A stretch of DNA of 64,000 nt from Microthyrium microscopicum (taxonomy: Eukaryota), in the NCBI GenBank assembly GCA_010405405.1, contig MU004236.1:2238070-2302069 (forward strand). Direction: 5' to 3'. This document shows, piece after piece, positions 51,166 to 64,000 of this stretch (positions are counted from its first letter, which is position 1; each line of letters opens with the position of its first letter). The notes under the pieces are model-generated. The model searched no databases. It was given only the letters and a program-made list of their open reading frames with translations, and was not told the origin of the DNA. The translations under genes and the position numbers were made by a program.

Positions 51166-53303
51166 TCATCCATAGTAATCTGTCCGGATCGTAGGTGTCG
51201 GAACATAATGATCTGTCACAACAAATCTACTCTTTGCTGAAACAGTCTGATACTCAGCAGGCAGTGAAGAAAGTGGTAGATGAGCATCATTGTTTGCGTA
51301 TCGAGCTTCTTGCGCCCTCAACTCCTGCTCAACCGCTTCCTGTTGTTGTCGTTTCTGACTCCCCGATGGTAGTATCCCTTTCAGGCGTCCCAGCTTTTCG
51401 CGCACGAAACTTGGTCGAGAGCGCAACAGGTGAGAAGTCGGAGGTAAGTCCTTCTGGGTAACGGGAGTGTGGAGGTATGTCCAGAAGTCATTGTTCATAT
51501 CGACGCCGAGTATTGTGGCTGGTGTAAGCTGACATGGTGACTTTGCTGCTTTTTGATCTTTGGCAGAGGTGTGGATTGAAACGGGGGTCTTGATGAAGCA
51601 TTGGTTTAGCTTGATGTTGTCAATATATGAAAGTGGGCCGGGCGGTTGTAGATAGCTAAGAAGGACTTGTGCTACCCTTCGAGCCAAGTTGTGGAGGATT
51701 AAGTCTGCTTCTAGCTGTTCTGTTTCGGCGTCGGCGAAATCGAGGATTTGTTGGAGGGTTACTGCTACTATCGCGAATAGGCTGAGCTTTTTCGACGTGT
51801 ATTCTGGTTTGTTGATGTCCTGAATGTTGGAGTCGCGAAGAAGCCATTCCAACGTATGAGAGACCCATTCGCTTGCTATTGCTCGTAGGCTCTGTATTCG
51901 TTGGATAGTGTCGGCTTGCTTGAGCTCTAGTTGGAGAGGGCGCAGTTGTTGACGCATGGTTGCATCTATAGAGAACTTTTTGTTAAGATCATTGTCAGTG
52001 ATGTGTTCGACAAAGCTTTCGAGGATGAAGCGTGCATCTGGGATTTGGAGATTATTTAGGATTGCGTTCGTTTTGACGAAGATGTTGAATGCACATAGAC
52101 CGCGCAGACTTTCTTTGCGGTTTGAATTAGTGTTTTGGTCGAAGTCGTATTGCGTTACGCTGTGATAGAGAGTGTTGAGTAGATCATCTAGTTCTAGCAA
52201 GTCTTTGGACGCACGAGAGTCCTGAGTGAGGTCGAAGAAGCAGTGCCTTTCAAGGTTTGACTTATCTTGTTCAACATTTAGAAGTGAAGATGGTTGGGTT
52301 TTCAGAACCACTACAAGTCGTCAATTGATTTCTGAAGTATTTGGACGCCGCTCAACTTACGGTATTGAAACGGGTTCTTGTCTTTGAGGGTTGACCGAAT
52401 ACATTCTCTCTTCGTCTTCACACAGCGAGCACACTGTATGTCGCCAGAACATTGTTCCTAGACAATCTAGTCAGCTACGATGATGCTGGCTAAAGATGAC
52501 AGCACCTCTCAACGGCATGGCAAAATAAATGGCGTACTCCCATCATCTCTGATGGCGCCCAGAGGCTACGGTCTGTTATTGAGTGCTTTATTTGCCATAA
52601 AGGGCGTCGGCTTGGGAGTATTTATCAGATACGATGGGAATTAATGCGCTCTTTGGTTAGCAGCGCTGGTGGTAGCCATCAGAGTTGATGGGAGTACGCC
52701 ATTTATTTTGCCATGCCGTTGACCCCTATATGCTTTTCCCAGTGAAGCGAGCAAAGTGCTCACCCTGCCCATCTATCCGCTTATGAGCAGACTTACCTGC
52801 TGAGCTTTGCATGCAAGGCACTGTTTGCCCAAACCATCAATCTTCAGCTTTTTCTCAGTCTTTTCAGCACTGCGTGACATCGTGGAATCAGAGCCACTCG
52901 AGGCTCTAAAATTGAACTTATCTCTCCTCCAAGAGCGTGATTTTCGAACAGTTTTGAGACCTTCTGTATTCTCACTAGCCTGTAGATTGTTTGCTGATTG
53001 TTTCGGTTCCGCGCCAAGTGCGTTCTCATATTTCGAATTTGCTGGTCCAGGAGAATCTACTATCTCGATTTCGGGCACAGCTATTTCGTCTGCAACTACG
53101 CTTTTATCAATTGGTGTTTGGTTGGTAACTTCTTCGCGGTCTGGCGCATCAGATGATGCGCCATCATTGCACACTGAATTCTGCCGGTTTCTCTGGAAGC
53201 CAGCCCACTCTTCCGCGCTTGTGCATTCTTTGATGAGCTTTCTAAATCCTTCATGCCGCCTGGTGTCGTTACTGCCAGTCATAGGCGCGAGCTGGTCCGG
53301 CAT
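51166..53303 (-). CDS. Zn(II)2Cys6 transcription factor-like protein (3 exons)
   Basis: Exons 53303-52797, 52457-52361, 52310-51166 splice in frame and rebuild CLACKAQQ-EQCSGDIQCARCVKTKREC = C-x2-C-x6-C-x5-C-x2-C-x6-C. Confidence 0.85.
52509..52722. mobile_element. 214-bp fold-back/MITE-like element inside intron 1 of the Zn2Cys6 gene
   Basis: 48-bp inverted repeats 52509-52556 and 52675-52722 with one mismatch; no RIP signature; no clear TSD. Confidence 0.8.
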
Positions 53304-53768
53304 TGCGTGTTCATTACTAGCTTTTGAAAAAAGAAAAATAGGGGCTTAAGGTACAAGTACAGCGGTGTTTTGGTTGAGAACAACTTTCGACTTGGCCATC
53401 GTATATGTGAAAGGATAGACAGCTGGACATCGACTGGAGTCTGGGGACGTCCAGTCTATAAATACGCGCGCTTCCTCCCTCCCGTGCGCCACGAGTCTAA
53501 CGAAGTCTGAAAATATTGTGGAATCGCCATAAACAGCTTAGCGCAAATAGTCTGTGGTGGCTTGTAGCTGCGTATATTCAAGCAAAGACGGTAGAATTAT
53601 TAATATTCTTGATATTTCTAAACTGATACTCGAGTGAGTAAACATCTAATAGGTACTTGAGTAGTGATACCTCAGGCTAGGTACCGCAAGCAGTGCCGAG
53701 AAGTCCTTCATCTACCAAGCCTACAAACATTCTACAGTACCATTATCCAAGCTTCAAAGCAGGTTCTT

Positions 53769-55312
53769 TTACTTGCCCAGCATTTTGACATCATCATTGC
53801 TATCCTTCTCAACGGTGCCCTCCTCGACCTTGTCATTATCAACACTGGTCTCTGCTCTAGGCTCGCCTGGAGCCCCTGAGCCCCACAGCCCATCATAGAA
53901 AGCGGGGACTTTCCCAGATCGCAGCGGAAGGCTAATAGTTGGAGTAGAAGCATCAGGAATTCGAAATTGGTTGATGAGATCTTTGCGTGTCATGCGTTTT
54001 GTGGCACCGGGGGAATTCATGCTGATGGCTTCAGTAATGCGGCGCTTAGCTGAAAGACCACTAAGGTCAAGGTTTTCAGGACGCTTTCTCGTTCTCTTGC
54101 TAGTGTTCGAAGCCGGAGCAACTTCTGGTTTGTCATGGGTGATATCATATGATAGCGCCGGATGGTTCTTTGGCAACGTGAGATATTCAGGATTTGGAAC
54201 GGAGTCGGTTGCTGAGGGCGAAGCAACATCCATGGTCCCGTCATGTTCCTGAACCTGATCAACTTGTGAAGTTGGACCTGGATCAGTTTGCGAAGCTGAA
54301 ACCTCTGCGTTTGGATCAATAGCTGAAGTCGAATGGGCTTCTGGGGCTGGATCAATATCCGAAGGTGGTTCAAGTGATTCAGCTGGCAAACATGGATGAG
54401 CCTCAGGAACTGGTCCAGTTTCTGGTTTTGGAGAGGTGCCACGTTTTGACCAGGTTTTTCCATTTCGTGGTCAAGCCCTTGACATCCAGCACCAACTTTT
54501 GACCAGTATTAGTTTGTGCTTCAGCCTCCATTCTAGATCAATCTTTCGCAGACATGAAATGTCCTAATATAGTTGAAGACTTGAGCTCGAAGGAATCGTC
54601 GCTTTCGGTCTCGTCAACGTGAGCCGCAGATTTGGCGGCTTTGGCTTTCTCGCGTTATTTCTCTTCAAATTCAGCAATGAGCGGTGCCATGGCTTCAGGG
54701 TCATTTACTAGCGTGTCCATTTCATAACTAGAGAAAGCTGTCAGTATAAGATGAAGCTTTTCGTCTCTACACTTACTCCAATTGTTCTTTTGCGTCGTCA
54801 AACGCATGATTTTGAAGGTAAGGAGCCTCTGCGTCCTCTTCTATGCGCTGCTGGGTGAGATTTTCGAGCTTGCGTTCCAAGATAGCCACGTATGGGTCTG
54901 TACCACCATCTGGTGGAGGCCTATAGAATTGAGCGCGAGCTCTATAGCGAGCTACTACAGAATGTAGCTTGTAGTACCAGATATTGGCCTAACAGCAGTC
55001 AATTTCCAATTCCAAAGATAGTGTATCAATGCTTGAATATCTTACTTCGTCGTCCCAGGAGTCTTTTGAGTCGATGCCAACGATAAGATTGCTGGCTTGC
55101 CACTAAGGCATGGTCAGGTTATACTCACGGCAGGGAATCGTATAACTTACCACAATATCAAGACCAGGTTCTTCTAGATTAACTCTTACAAGCCGCAGCG
55201 CATCCTCAAAGTTTTTCGATTGATTGGCTTTGTGTGCTTCGGAGAAGCGATTGTTGCATCTCTTTGCCTCTTCATCGAGCGGGACGACTTTTTTTTCTAC
55301 GGTAGAAAACAT
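53769..55312 (-). pseudogene. Multi-exon hypothetical gene, probably truncated or decaying in its 3' half
   Basis: Exons 55312-55151, 55102-55046, 54988-54777 splice in frame (MFSTVEKK...NLEEPGLDIV-WQASNLIV...WDDE-ANIWYYKL...); exon 4 stops after 9 codons while coding-like sequence continues in other frames to 53769. Confidence 0.5.
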
Positions 55313-56405
55313 CTTTGACACTTTGATGATGACGAGAACCGAAACGAGGTGGAGAGGACAGGAAAAAGAACAGAAGCTTTTGGTCTTCGGAGGTTGTGTT
55401 TGAACTTTGCGCGGTGGTGCCAGCGATAGACACAACAAGAGTTAGAGGATTGCGAATTTGCGAGGTTGTGTTTGCGCGGTGTTGACCGCGGTGGAACAAT
55501 AAGAAATATGAGGATTGTGCAGTGTTGACACAAGTAACAATTCGAAGTCTGCTTCGATACAGTGAAACATATGGATATGGGGGGTGAAATGAAGGCTTCT
55601 TGAACATTGAAGCTTGAGAGGTGGGAGGTAGCCTGGTAGCCTGTAGGTGAAGTGTTTCCGTGGGGCTGCGCGTCAATGTCATTGGAACGGCACGTGCAGC
55701 AAGGCAGAAGCAACGCACCTCGTTGATTGGCCAATATCAGCGTATCTTGTGTGTTGATTGGACGACGGCCTAGCTTGGCAGCCTTTTTACAGCCTAATCG
55801 GCATCACGCAGTAACAATTTAGCAAACAAGCTTTCAAGCACCCAACACACCTCATTTTGAGCACACTTGGAGCTTCAAAACTATAACCCAGTCTTGCTCG
55901 CTTCTGAATTCTTTCCGCAGCCTCTTCAGCCCGGAAATTCCCTCTTCTCCGCGATAGATGATAGTATATACAGCAGAGGTTAATAGATGGGATGAGATGA
56001 GATAGCTATGCTCTAATTGCATATCAAGTCAGAGCTTTTTGACGTAAGCTTTGTTGATGGAGCCGAAATTGACGCCAAAATTCAGCCTGATGTAATCAGC
56101 CAATCGAGTGGCGTGAATCCCTACCATTCAACCAATCAGATCGACGGTACTCTACCTCAGAACCCGGATGCTACCACCACTTCTCGATCGTTCTGGACGT
56201 GTGTTTGCGATGCCGTGTAGATACCTTGCTCTTCTATCTGACAATCTGAACTTGTGTTCTACGTAACAGTCTCTATGGTGTCCTTCGTGCTTCTAAATTC
56301 ATACAGTACTATGTAAAAAGATCTCCGCCCTGCCAAGCTCAACATCCTCAACTTCACTTCATCCCAACATTTCTCAGCCTAACATACGGTAACCCCAAAC
56401 CAAAA

Positions 56406-56520
56406 ATGCTATCACTGACTTCAAAAATCCTTCTCTTCATCATTCCGGTTGTCACACCCGCACTTTATATAATCTACCTTAATCGTAAACTCTCCCGCGC
56501 CATTACCCTTACTAGTATGC
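56406..56520 (+). pseudogene. 5' fragment of a membrane-anchored protein gene interrupted by a hAT insertion
   Basis: CCAAAA-ATG then MLSLTSKILLFIIPVVTPALYIIYLNRKLSRAITLTSM, running directly into the TE terminus at 56521. Confidence 0.5.
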
Positions 56521-59020
56521 TAGGGCATAGGTTAGGTAACTTATTAGGGTTAACCTAATATATATAGGTTCTTAGCATTAGGTTAGGTTTTAAAAATATT
56601 TTATAAAACCTATACCTAACCTAAGTAAGATAAAATTATTATAGGTTAGACCTAAGGAACCTAAAGGACCTAAATTAGGAACTTATTAGGTAAGGTTTAT
56701 TTAGTATATAACCTATTTAGATTATAAAGGAAAGATTACTATACCTAATATAGTTAGTAAAAGCTAAGTAAGTAAAAATAATCTAGTATATAAATTAAGA
56801 AGTTAAAAAAGTATTAATTAAAATATTTAGTATAGTATATAAATTAAACTATGTATTAACTAGCTACTACTACTAAAACCCTAATAACTAGTTTAAATCT
56901 TCTTCTTCTTATTAGCCTTACTAAAGACTATACTTATTAGTAGTTACTTTTACTTATTCTCTAATTTCTACTAAAAGGTAGACTTAAATATTAGTTTATA
57001 AACTCTTTTACTAGTAGCTACTATAGGTAGAAGCCTACTAATATCTTTTAATAATTATCTATAAAAAGAATCTTAAGTATTACTATCCTTTGCCTTATTA
57101 CTATTCTTACTACTATCTAAATTTATACTATAGAATCTAGAAAAAGTCTCTAAGCTTATAAATCTACTAGTACTAGTACCTTTAAGGTTTTCTTCTTCTT
57201 TAATAAACCTAAAACTAGTATTATTTTTATTATTAAAACTATTTTTACTAGCCTTATCTATATCTTTATTTAAAATATTATTATCCTTACCTAAATTATT
57301 TAAATTATCTTCTCTATTAGAAATAATAAATAACCTATCTAAATCTTTATAATAAGTTATATAATTAAATATCTAATAATATATAGCATTAAAATTACTA
57401 AAACAAATATAATTAAGTAAGGTATTTATAGGTTATTTTATAATTATATTAATATATTTTTTATACATACTAACCTCTACTTTAATCTTATTAAAACTAC
57501 CTTAATAGTCTAAAATATTAGCTATTAATTTAGTAAACTTATTATTATTATATTAGTAGAGTATATCTTATAATAGTATAAGGTTATAAAATATCTAAAA
57601 AGAGTAAAAATAATTATATTTAGATTAGTTATAAGTAATAAAGAAGATATATTCTACTCTAACTTTAGTAGCTAGTATATAAAAATAATTACATACTATA
57701 TAAGCTATTATTAAGTAGAGGTCTAGATTATTATTTTCTTTCTATATAAAGAAGAGATTATTATTCTTTATAGATACTATTATTATATTAGTAAATTATA
57801 AATAATATAATAATAAAGATATACTACTTTTAAAGTATTATATAAACTTATTAAATAAAGATAAGCTAATTAGACTATTATCTACTATAACGTTATTATT
57901 ATCTATAATTAGTTCTATATTATTAGATTAAGTATTTAAATTACTATACTTCTTAAGCTAAACTTTATAAAGGTCTTTAATTATTATGTTATGCTAAGAT
58001 AAACTATTTAAACTAAGGTAGTCCTTCTACTAAGGGTTAGTAAAAGTAGACTTAGCTATATAAAGAGATAATAATTAATTAAAAATATAAATACGCTATA
58101 GTTAGATATTAGTTTATATTAAGTTAAAGTATATTTATAGTTTCTCTTAAGCCTCTTTTAGACTAGACTAAAGTTTACTCTACTAATATAGTTAAATACT
58201 TACTAGTATATATTTACCTAAAATAGCCTTCTTATTATTAATATATTAAAAAAGCTTTTAGAAGTATAAAAGGACTTTATAGATAGATAAAGCCTTAGAT
58301 CTACTAAGAATTTAGGTTATAGTATTAAATAAAGTAGTAAGCTAAACTAAATACTTAATATTAGCCTATTCTATATTAAATAGTATAAGAATCCTTACTT
58401 ATTACTAATTCTTCTTTTTTCTAGCTTTATAAGCTTTAGTAATAAGGAAGTATATAAAGAGTATCTTAATAATTTAAAGGCAAAGTCTTATTATTATTAT
58501 TAAATTCTAGCATATTTTAATATCTTAGATTAGCTAAAAATTACTATAAAGATTAAGATTATTCTAGTATTTATTAATAGGGTATAGATTAGATATTTAA
58601 GATTTATTAAAATAAAAACTAGCTAAGTAAGTAAGGAACCTAAAGAAATATAATTTAGAGGAGCTAATATACTTAGTAATACTATAGGCCTAGACTATAT
58701 TAGCTATTCTAATTAATACTTTTTTAATTTACTAAAAATAAGAACTAACTTACTTTATATAAAGTAAGAGTAATTAAGTTATATTTTATAGCAAGTTTTC
58801 TTTTCTTTAAAATATCTTCTTTAATAAATACTTATTTAATTTCTTTATCTATAGACTTATAGCTAAGATAAAAAAGTAAAGTGCCTTATACTAGTTAAAT
58901 AATATAGGATATATAAAGAACTTAAATAATACTTATAGTATGCTTAAAGTATTAATATATATTTAATATAAATACTATTATCTTATTATTATTAGTATTA
59001 TTAATTATAATAGAGTAAAC
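56521..59020 (-). mobile_element. RIP-degraded hAT transposon (transposase on minus strand; other terminus not found in window)
   Basis: Starts TAGGGCATAGG with many TAGGTT/AACCTA subterminal repeats (RIPed CGGGTT/AACCCG-like). De-RIPed minus-strand motifs: dimerisation-like 'P-I-A-A-T-S...E...F' (~56980-57050), HTGEYLA (~58190-58210), BED-like C-x2-C...H (~58870-58945). Confidence 0.7.
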
Positions 59021-62000
59021 CTTCTTAGTAATACTATATTAATTAAATATATTACCTATAAGTTTAGTGTAAGCTTTATCTATAAACTTTCTAATAATAG
59101 AAAGAAAGCTAAGAAGCTTCTTTTTTTATTTCTACTATAAAGTAATTTATTATTTAATAATAGCTAAGTACTCTTTATAAATAAAATTTAAAAACTACCT
59201 ATCTAGCTAAATACTAATATATATATTGTTACCTAGCTAAATAAACTCTTTTCTTACTACTTTATAAGATTAATTGCAACTTATCTTATAATTTCTAAAG
59301 TAATAGTTTTCTATAAAGTAAATTAAGGTTAAATACCTAGTAGTATATAGTAGTTAATAACTTACTATATAAATTATAATTTAAATATATTAAGAGAAAG
59401 ACCCTTAGCTATAATTAAATATACCTATAAAGTAAGAAAATCTTATAACGTAATCTTATGCTTATTAAAGCTATAAGTAGCCTTAAGCTTTATGTTATAT
59501 ATTTATAAATATTATAATTAGTAATAGTATAGCATAGTAGAAATTAAATATACTAAAGTTATAGTTAATCTTATTTAATTAAGTATAATCTAATCTTTAT
59601 TACTTTTAGCTATAGTAATATTATTATAATCCTAGGAAGTAATATACTTATTAAGTAATCTTTACCTAATAAGGAAAATACTAATATTATCTTTATAGAG
59701 GTAGTAATATTTAAGGAACTTATAATAATAAATATAGTAATAATAAGGCTAGTTAGTAGACTTAAAGGCGTTTACTTATATACTATTCTAAATAGGGCTT
59801 TTTTTCTTACTATACTAATAAGGATCTATTCGTATAGAAATTAGCCTTTCTTAGTTAATAGTAAACTAGGATATAATTTACTACTAAGTCTAGAAATAGT
59901 TATTAGTATCCTTACTCTATAAATATGCCTTCTTCTTTTAATTACTAGATTCCTCTAATACTTTAAGTATTATACTAGAAATAGAAGAAGTAGGTACTAA
60001 TAAGCTAGAAGGTAGTATACTAATAAGAAAGTTTAGGATAGTACTATTAGTAGTAGTACCTCTATCTTAGATAGTAAGTTATAATAATAAGAAGGAAGTT
60101 ATTAAGCTAGCTCTAGATATAAAGAAATTAGAGGTAAAAATAAAGGAAGACATAATTTAGAGTAGCGTTAACTTTATTAAAAAAACCTAAGGTTTTAAAG
60201 AAATAAAATTAGTAAGTTAAAAAAGTATTAATTAGAAATCTAGTACTATTTATATTATCTTATAATATTATTTATAGAAACTTTTATTTATTCTTCCTTT
60301 TCTTTTAATATTAATTAATTATACTCTATATTCTAATTATCTACTTCTTAATTACGCTAATTTAACTAATTTAGTAATTTAGGAAGTAACTAATATAATG
60401 CGTTTCTTTTCCTAACCTCTTATATTACTATACTATTAAACTCTTTCTTAATCTATTATATTTTTTAGCCCTTCTTAGAACTACTTAGCCTAGTCTCCTT
60501 TCTTTAAAAGTAATTTTATAAACTAGAGATTTATAAAGTTATTCCTTTATATAATCTATACTTAGTTTAGTTATTACTAGTAGTTAGCTATCTTATCTTT
60601 CTTAACTAGTATATTTATTAAAAAGTAATACTAATTCTATTTAAGTAGTTATAATGCGCTATATAAGATATACTAAATCTAAAAATTATTTCTATAATTA
60701 ACTTTATTATGCTACTTAATATAATATTTAAACCTTAAAGTAAGAATATCCTAATAGCCTATTAATCTCTATACTTAATTTAAAAAAATAATATACTAAT
60801 TAACTTCTATTATATTTTCTCTATTATAGTAACAAAAAATACTATCTAAATTAACTTACTTATATCTTTATATCTAAATAATAATTAAATAGTAGAGAAT
60901 ATTTTAGTCTAAAAATAATTATAAGGCTAGGAATAAATAACTAGAGTACTCCTTACTTTAATTATCTTTAGTTATAAAAGTTATACTACTAGAAAAAATT
61001 ATAACTATTATTAGTAGCTATTTAAGAAATATTACTACTAAAGTATTTACTAAAAAATAATAATTAGCTACTTATAGATTATATAGTACTTTTATATAGA
61101 AAGTTTTAGAATTATAGTCTTAAAGAGTAAATAAGTATAGATATTAATAGTAAGAGATATAAGTAGTATTATTATTATTATAGTAATTTAAGTTTATACT
61201 ATTTATACTAACTAGAAATATTTATAATAGATTCTTTAAAGTTTATTATATAAAAGTATATAATTATAGTAGTAGAAATTTACTTAGTATAGTAAGATAA
61301 CTTCTATTATAATTTATTCTTAAGATTTACTACTTAGGAAAGTAGTAAAATAAATATAAATACTACTAAAAATTTAGTAAAAAAAAGAAGATAAAAAAAT
61401 AATAATAAGTAAAATCTAAAGTAAAGAGTAAAGTTAATATTATAACTTAAATAAACTTATAAAGGTTAAAAGGTTATATAAACTTAAAGAGTTTAGAGTT
61501 ATAGTTTTAGAATATAGCTATATTTAGTAATAGTATATAGATAATTTATTATAAAGAGTTAGAAGTAATAAAACTTATTAAGACTAGTATTTTATAATTA
61601 AGACGTACTAAACTTTATACTAGTATTAAGCTACTATTAAGGCTAAGTTTTAGAGAGTTATAAAAATATTAATTAGAATCTAGGAAGTCTATTATAGCTT
61701 TTACTTTTTAAAACGTTTATTTATTATAATATCTTTCTCTTATTAGTTTAAACTAAGTTCTACTAAGTTAAAAGTTAATATTCTAAATATTCTTATTTAT
61801 TATAAGCTATAAATTATTCTATAGCTTACTTTATTAAGTTATTTACTCCTTTTAATTAATTACTATATAATCTACGCCTTATTAACCTTTATTATATTAC
61901 TTTAGCTTACTTTATTATTTTAATGTAACTATATTCTCCTTAACTTTATTTACTTACTTCTTAGAATTTCTCTTCTAATCTTAAATTCTTTATAATTTCT

Positions 62001-64000
62001 ATGCTTATCTTTATTACTTTCTTTTTATCTATCTATAACCTTATTCTCTTCTTCTAACCTACTTATAACCTTATATTTTTTTTTATATACTACGCTCTTC
62101 TTTATTATTCTCTTTTAACCTACTTATAATCTTATACTCCTCTTTATATACTACGCTCTTCTTTATTACCCTTTTCTAACCTACTTATAACTTTATACTC
62201 CTTTTTATCTACTATGCTTTTCTTTATTTTTCTCTTTTAACTTACTTATAATTTTATACTCTTTTTTATATATTATACTCTTCTTTATTCTTCTTTTCTA
62301 ACCTACTTATAACCTTATACTTCTCTTTATTTACTATACTCTATTTTATTACCCTCTTTATATCTACTTATAACTTTACTTTTTTACTCTTTCTTTATCT
62401 ACCTTTTCTCTACTAATAAAAGTAAGCTATAAAACTTTTATTACTTATTTTATAACTTTTTATTCTTATTCTTTATATATCTCTAGTATTATTAAATAAG
62501 TATTATTATTTAAGTTATTTTTTTTGCTAATATTTCTTATAAATAATAATATTAGTAGCAAAGAAAAAAATATATAATTAATAAACTACTAATATTTTAT
62601 ATTCTAAAGAAATATTTATTTATATTATATTAAAAGTTTTTTAAGCTATTAAGTTAACTTTACTAATACTAGCCTATTATTAATACTATATTTAAGTTAT
62701 AATAAAAGTTTTATTATATCTATAAAATAATTTTTTTTAGGCTTAATTATTACTTACTACTAATACTATTTATATATACTCTTTTTCTTAAATAACTAAG
62801 AGCTTAAATTTAGACTAAGCTATTTATACTAATACGTTCTTAAAGTAATCTCTTAATAAATAGATATTTAAAATATAAAAGAAAAGTCTATAAAGTAAGA
62901 AGGTAACTTAAAAAGTTATAAAAGAAATTATTATATTTCTATCTTATTAGTCTAACTATATAAAAGAAACTTATAGTAATAAGTTAAAAACTTATAGCTA
63001 ATAAAAGTAGTATAAATTTATAATATAGCTTATAAATTAAAAGTCTTAGCTTTTAAAATAGAACTAGTATCTTTAATTAAAGCTAATAATAAATAATTAG
63101 AAAATATAACTATTTATATTAGAGCCTAATTACTTATTATATTAAGATTATAAAGTTAAAAATAGTAAATTAGATTTATATAAATTAGAATAAATAGTTC
63201 TATTTTAGTATTCTAATACTTTAAATAGTACTATATCTATAATTTTATTTTTTAATTAATATTTAATTATACTTTATTAGGAAAATATTATTTTTTAGAA
63301 CTCTAACTAGAGCTAATACTAATTAATAAGTATTCTTATCCTATCTAAATTAAGTATTAGTTATAATAAACTAACTTATATTTACTAAAAGAACTAAAAA
63401 GAATTTTATGCTTAAAGCTAGATATAAGTAAATCTCTATTACTAACTTCTTAAACTTTGCTAGTATCTTTTATACTAACTTCTAAGCTTTCTTTTAAAGC
63501 TCTAGGGTAAATAAACTATTAGTTTCCTAAACTTCTTAATCCTCTATCTTCTAAATTACTTTATTAAATAGTATTTCCTTTTAGAAGTTAGAGTACTAAG
63601 TTATTAAATTTATAATTACTTCTTACTTTATTTTAATAAAAATAAGACTAGTACTAAGAAAGTAACTACTATATTTATAATAAGTCTAGAAATTTATTAG
63701 TATTAATTTTAGTATTAGCTTTATTATATCTTATAATTACTTTATAGAATAATTTTAGAAATTTCTTCTAAGTATAAGTTAATAGCTAATATCTATAGTT
63801 AAAGTTTACTAACTCTTAATCCTTTTTCTAATTCTCTATAATATACAATCTAGTAAAGTCTAGAAAGTATTTCTTATATAGTATTAGTTAAATTTATATA
63901 TACTAAGTATAAAAAACTTATATTAAGAGTTTTTATAAGAATAAGAATCTAAAAATAGTAATAGTTTTTAATAAGGCTAATTTCCTTATTAGCTAAATCT
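59021..64000. mobile_element. Unresolved heavily RIPed repeat DNA (probably further nested elements)
   Basis: Extremely AT-rich, TpA-enriched and CpA/TpG-depleted; no ORFs; no termini identified. Confidence 0.6.
62036..62385. repeat. Tandem array, ~6 copies of a 61-bp unit
   Basis: The core ACTTATAA recurs at 62061, 62122, 62183, 62244, 62305 and 62366. Confidence 0.9.

Noticed and set aside
56521..56700. TTAGGG/TAGGTT-like repeats suggesting a telomere
   Set aside because: Not a tandem TTAGGG array; the motifs occur in both orientations and fit RIPed hAT subterminal repeats.
316..59020. Composite transposon or Starship-like mobile island between two hAT elements
   Set aside because: The two hATs have different termini, the left one is self-contained with its own TSD, there is no tyrosine-recombinase captain, and the cargo is core housekeeping genes.
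56800..60235. Shared ~21-bp string AAGTTAAAAAAGTATTAATTA at ~56800 and ~60214
   Set aside because: Very AT-rich and not extendable by eye, so it cannot define an LTR or TIR pair.
62036..62385. CRISPR-like regular repeats
   Set aside because: Eukaryotic context, whole units are homologous with no unique spacers, and no cas genes.

Overview
Eukaryotic (filamentous ascomycete, probably Dothideomycete-like; inference) genomic window with a sharp two-compartment structure. A GC-balanced, intron-containing gene island (~12,872-56,520) is flanked by two very AT-rich, TpA-saturated blocks typical of repeat-induced point mutation (RIP). The left block resolves by eye into a hAT DNA transposon (316-11,730; 9-bp TIRs, 8-bp TSD) carrying a complete nested Ty3/Gypsy chromovirus (2,070-10,805; 360-bp LTRs, 5-bp TSD) that has an extra ~3 kb antisense ORF relic, followed by two MITE-like elements. 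The gene island holds an MFS transporter with a RIP-type premature stop, a Nit3-like amidase, MOT1, RPL16, an acyl-CoA synthetase with a PTS2 signal, AP-3 sigma, frataxin, KTI11/DPH3, a cytosolic LeuRS with divergent signature, an HNH-like protein lacking catalytic histidines, a cytochrome b561-like protein, a Zn2Cys6 factor whose zinc cluster is split by an intron containing a fold-back element, and several orphan or decaying genes. The right block begins with a RIPed hAT that appears to have cut a gene and includes a 61-bp tandem array. I found no clear large novel multi-gene system; the most interesting signals are TE/RIP-gene interactions and the antisense ORF of the retrotransposon. Exon boundaries were read manually and may be off by a few bases.
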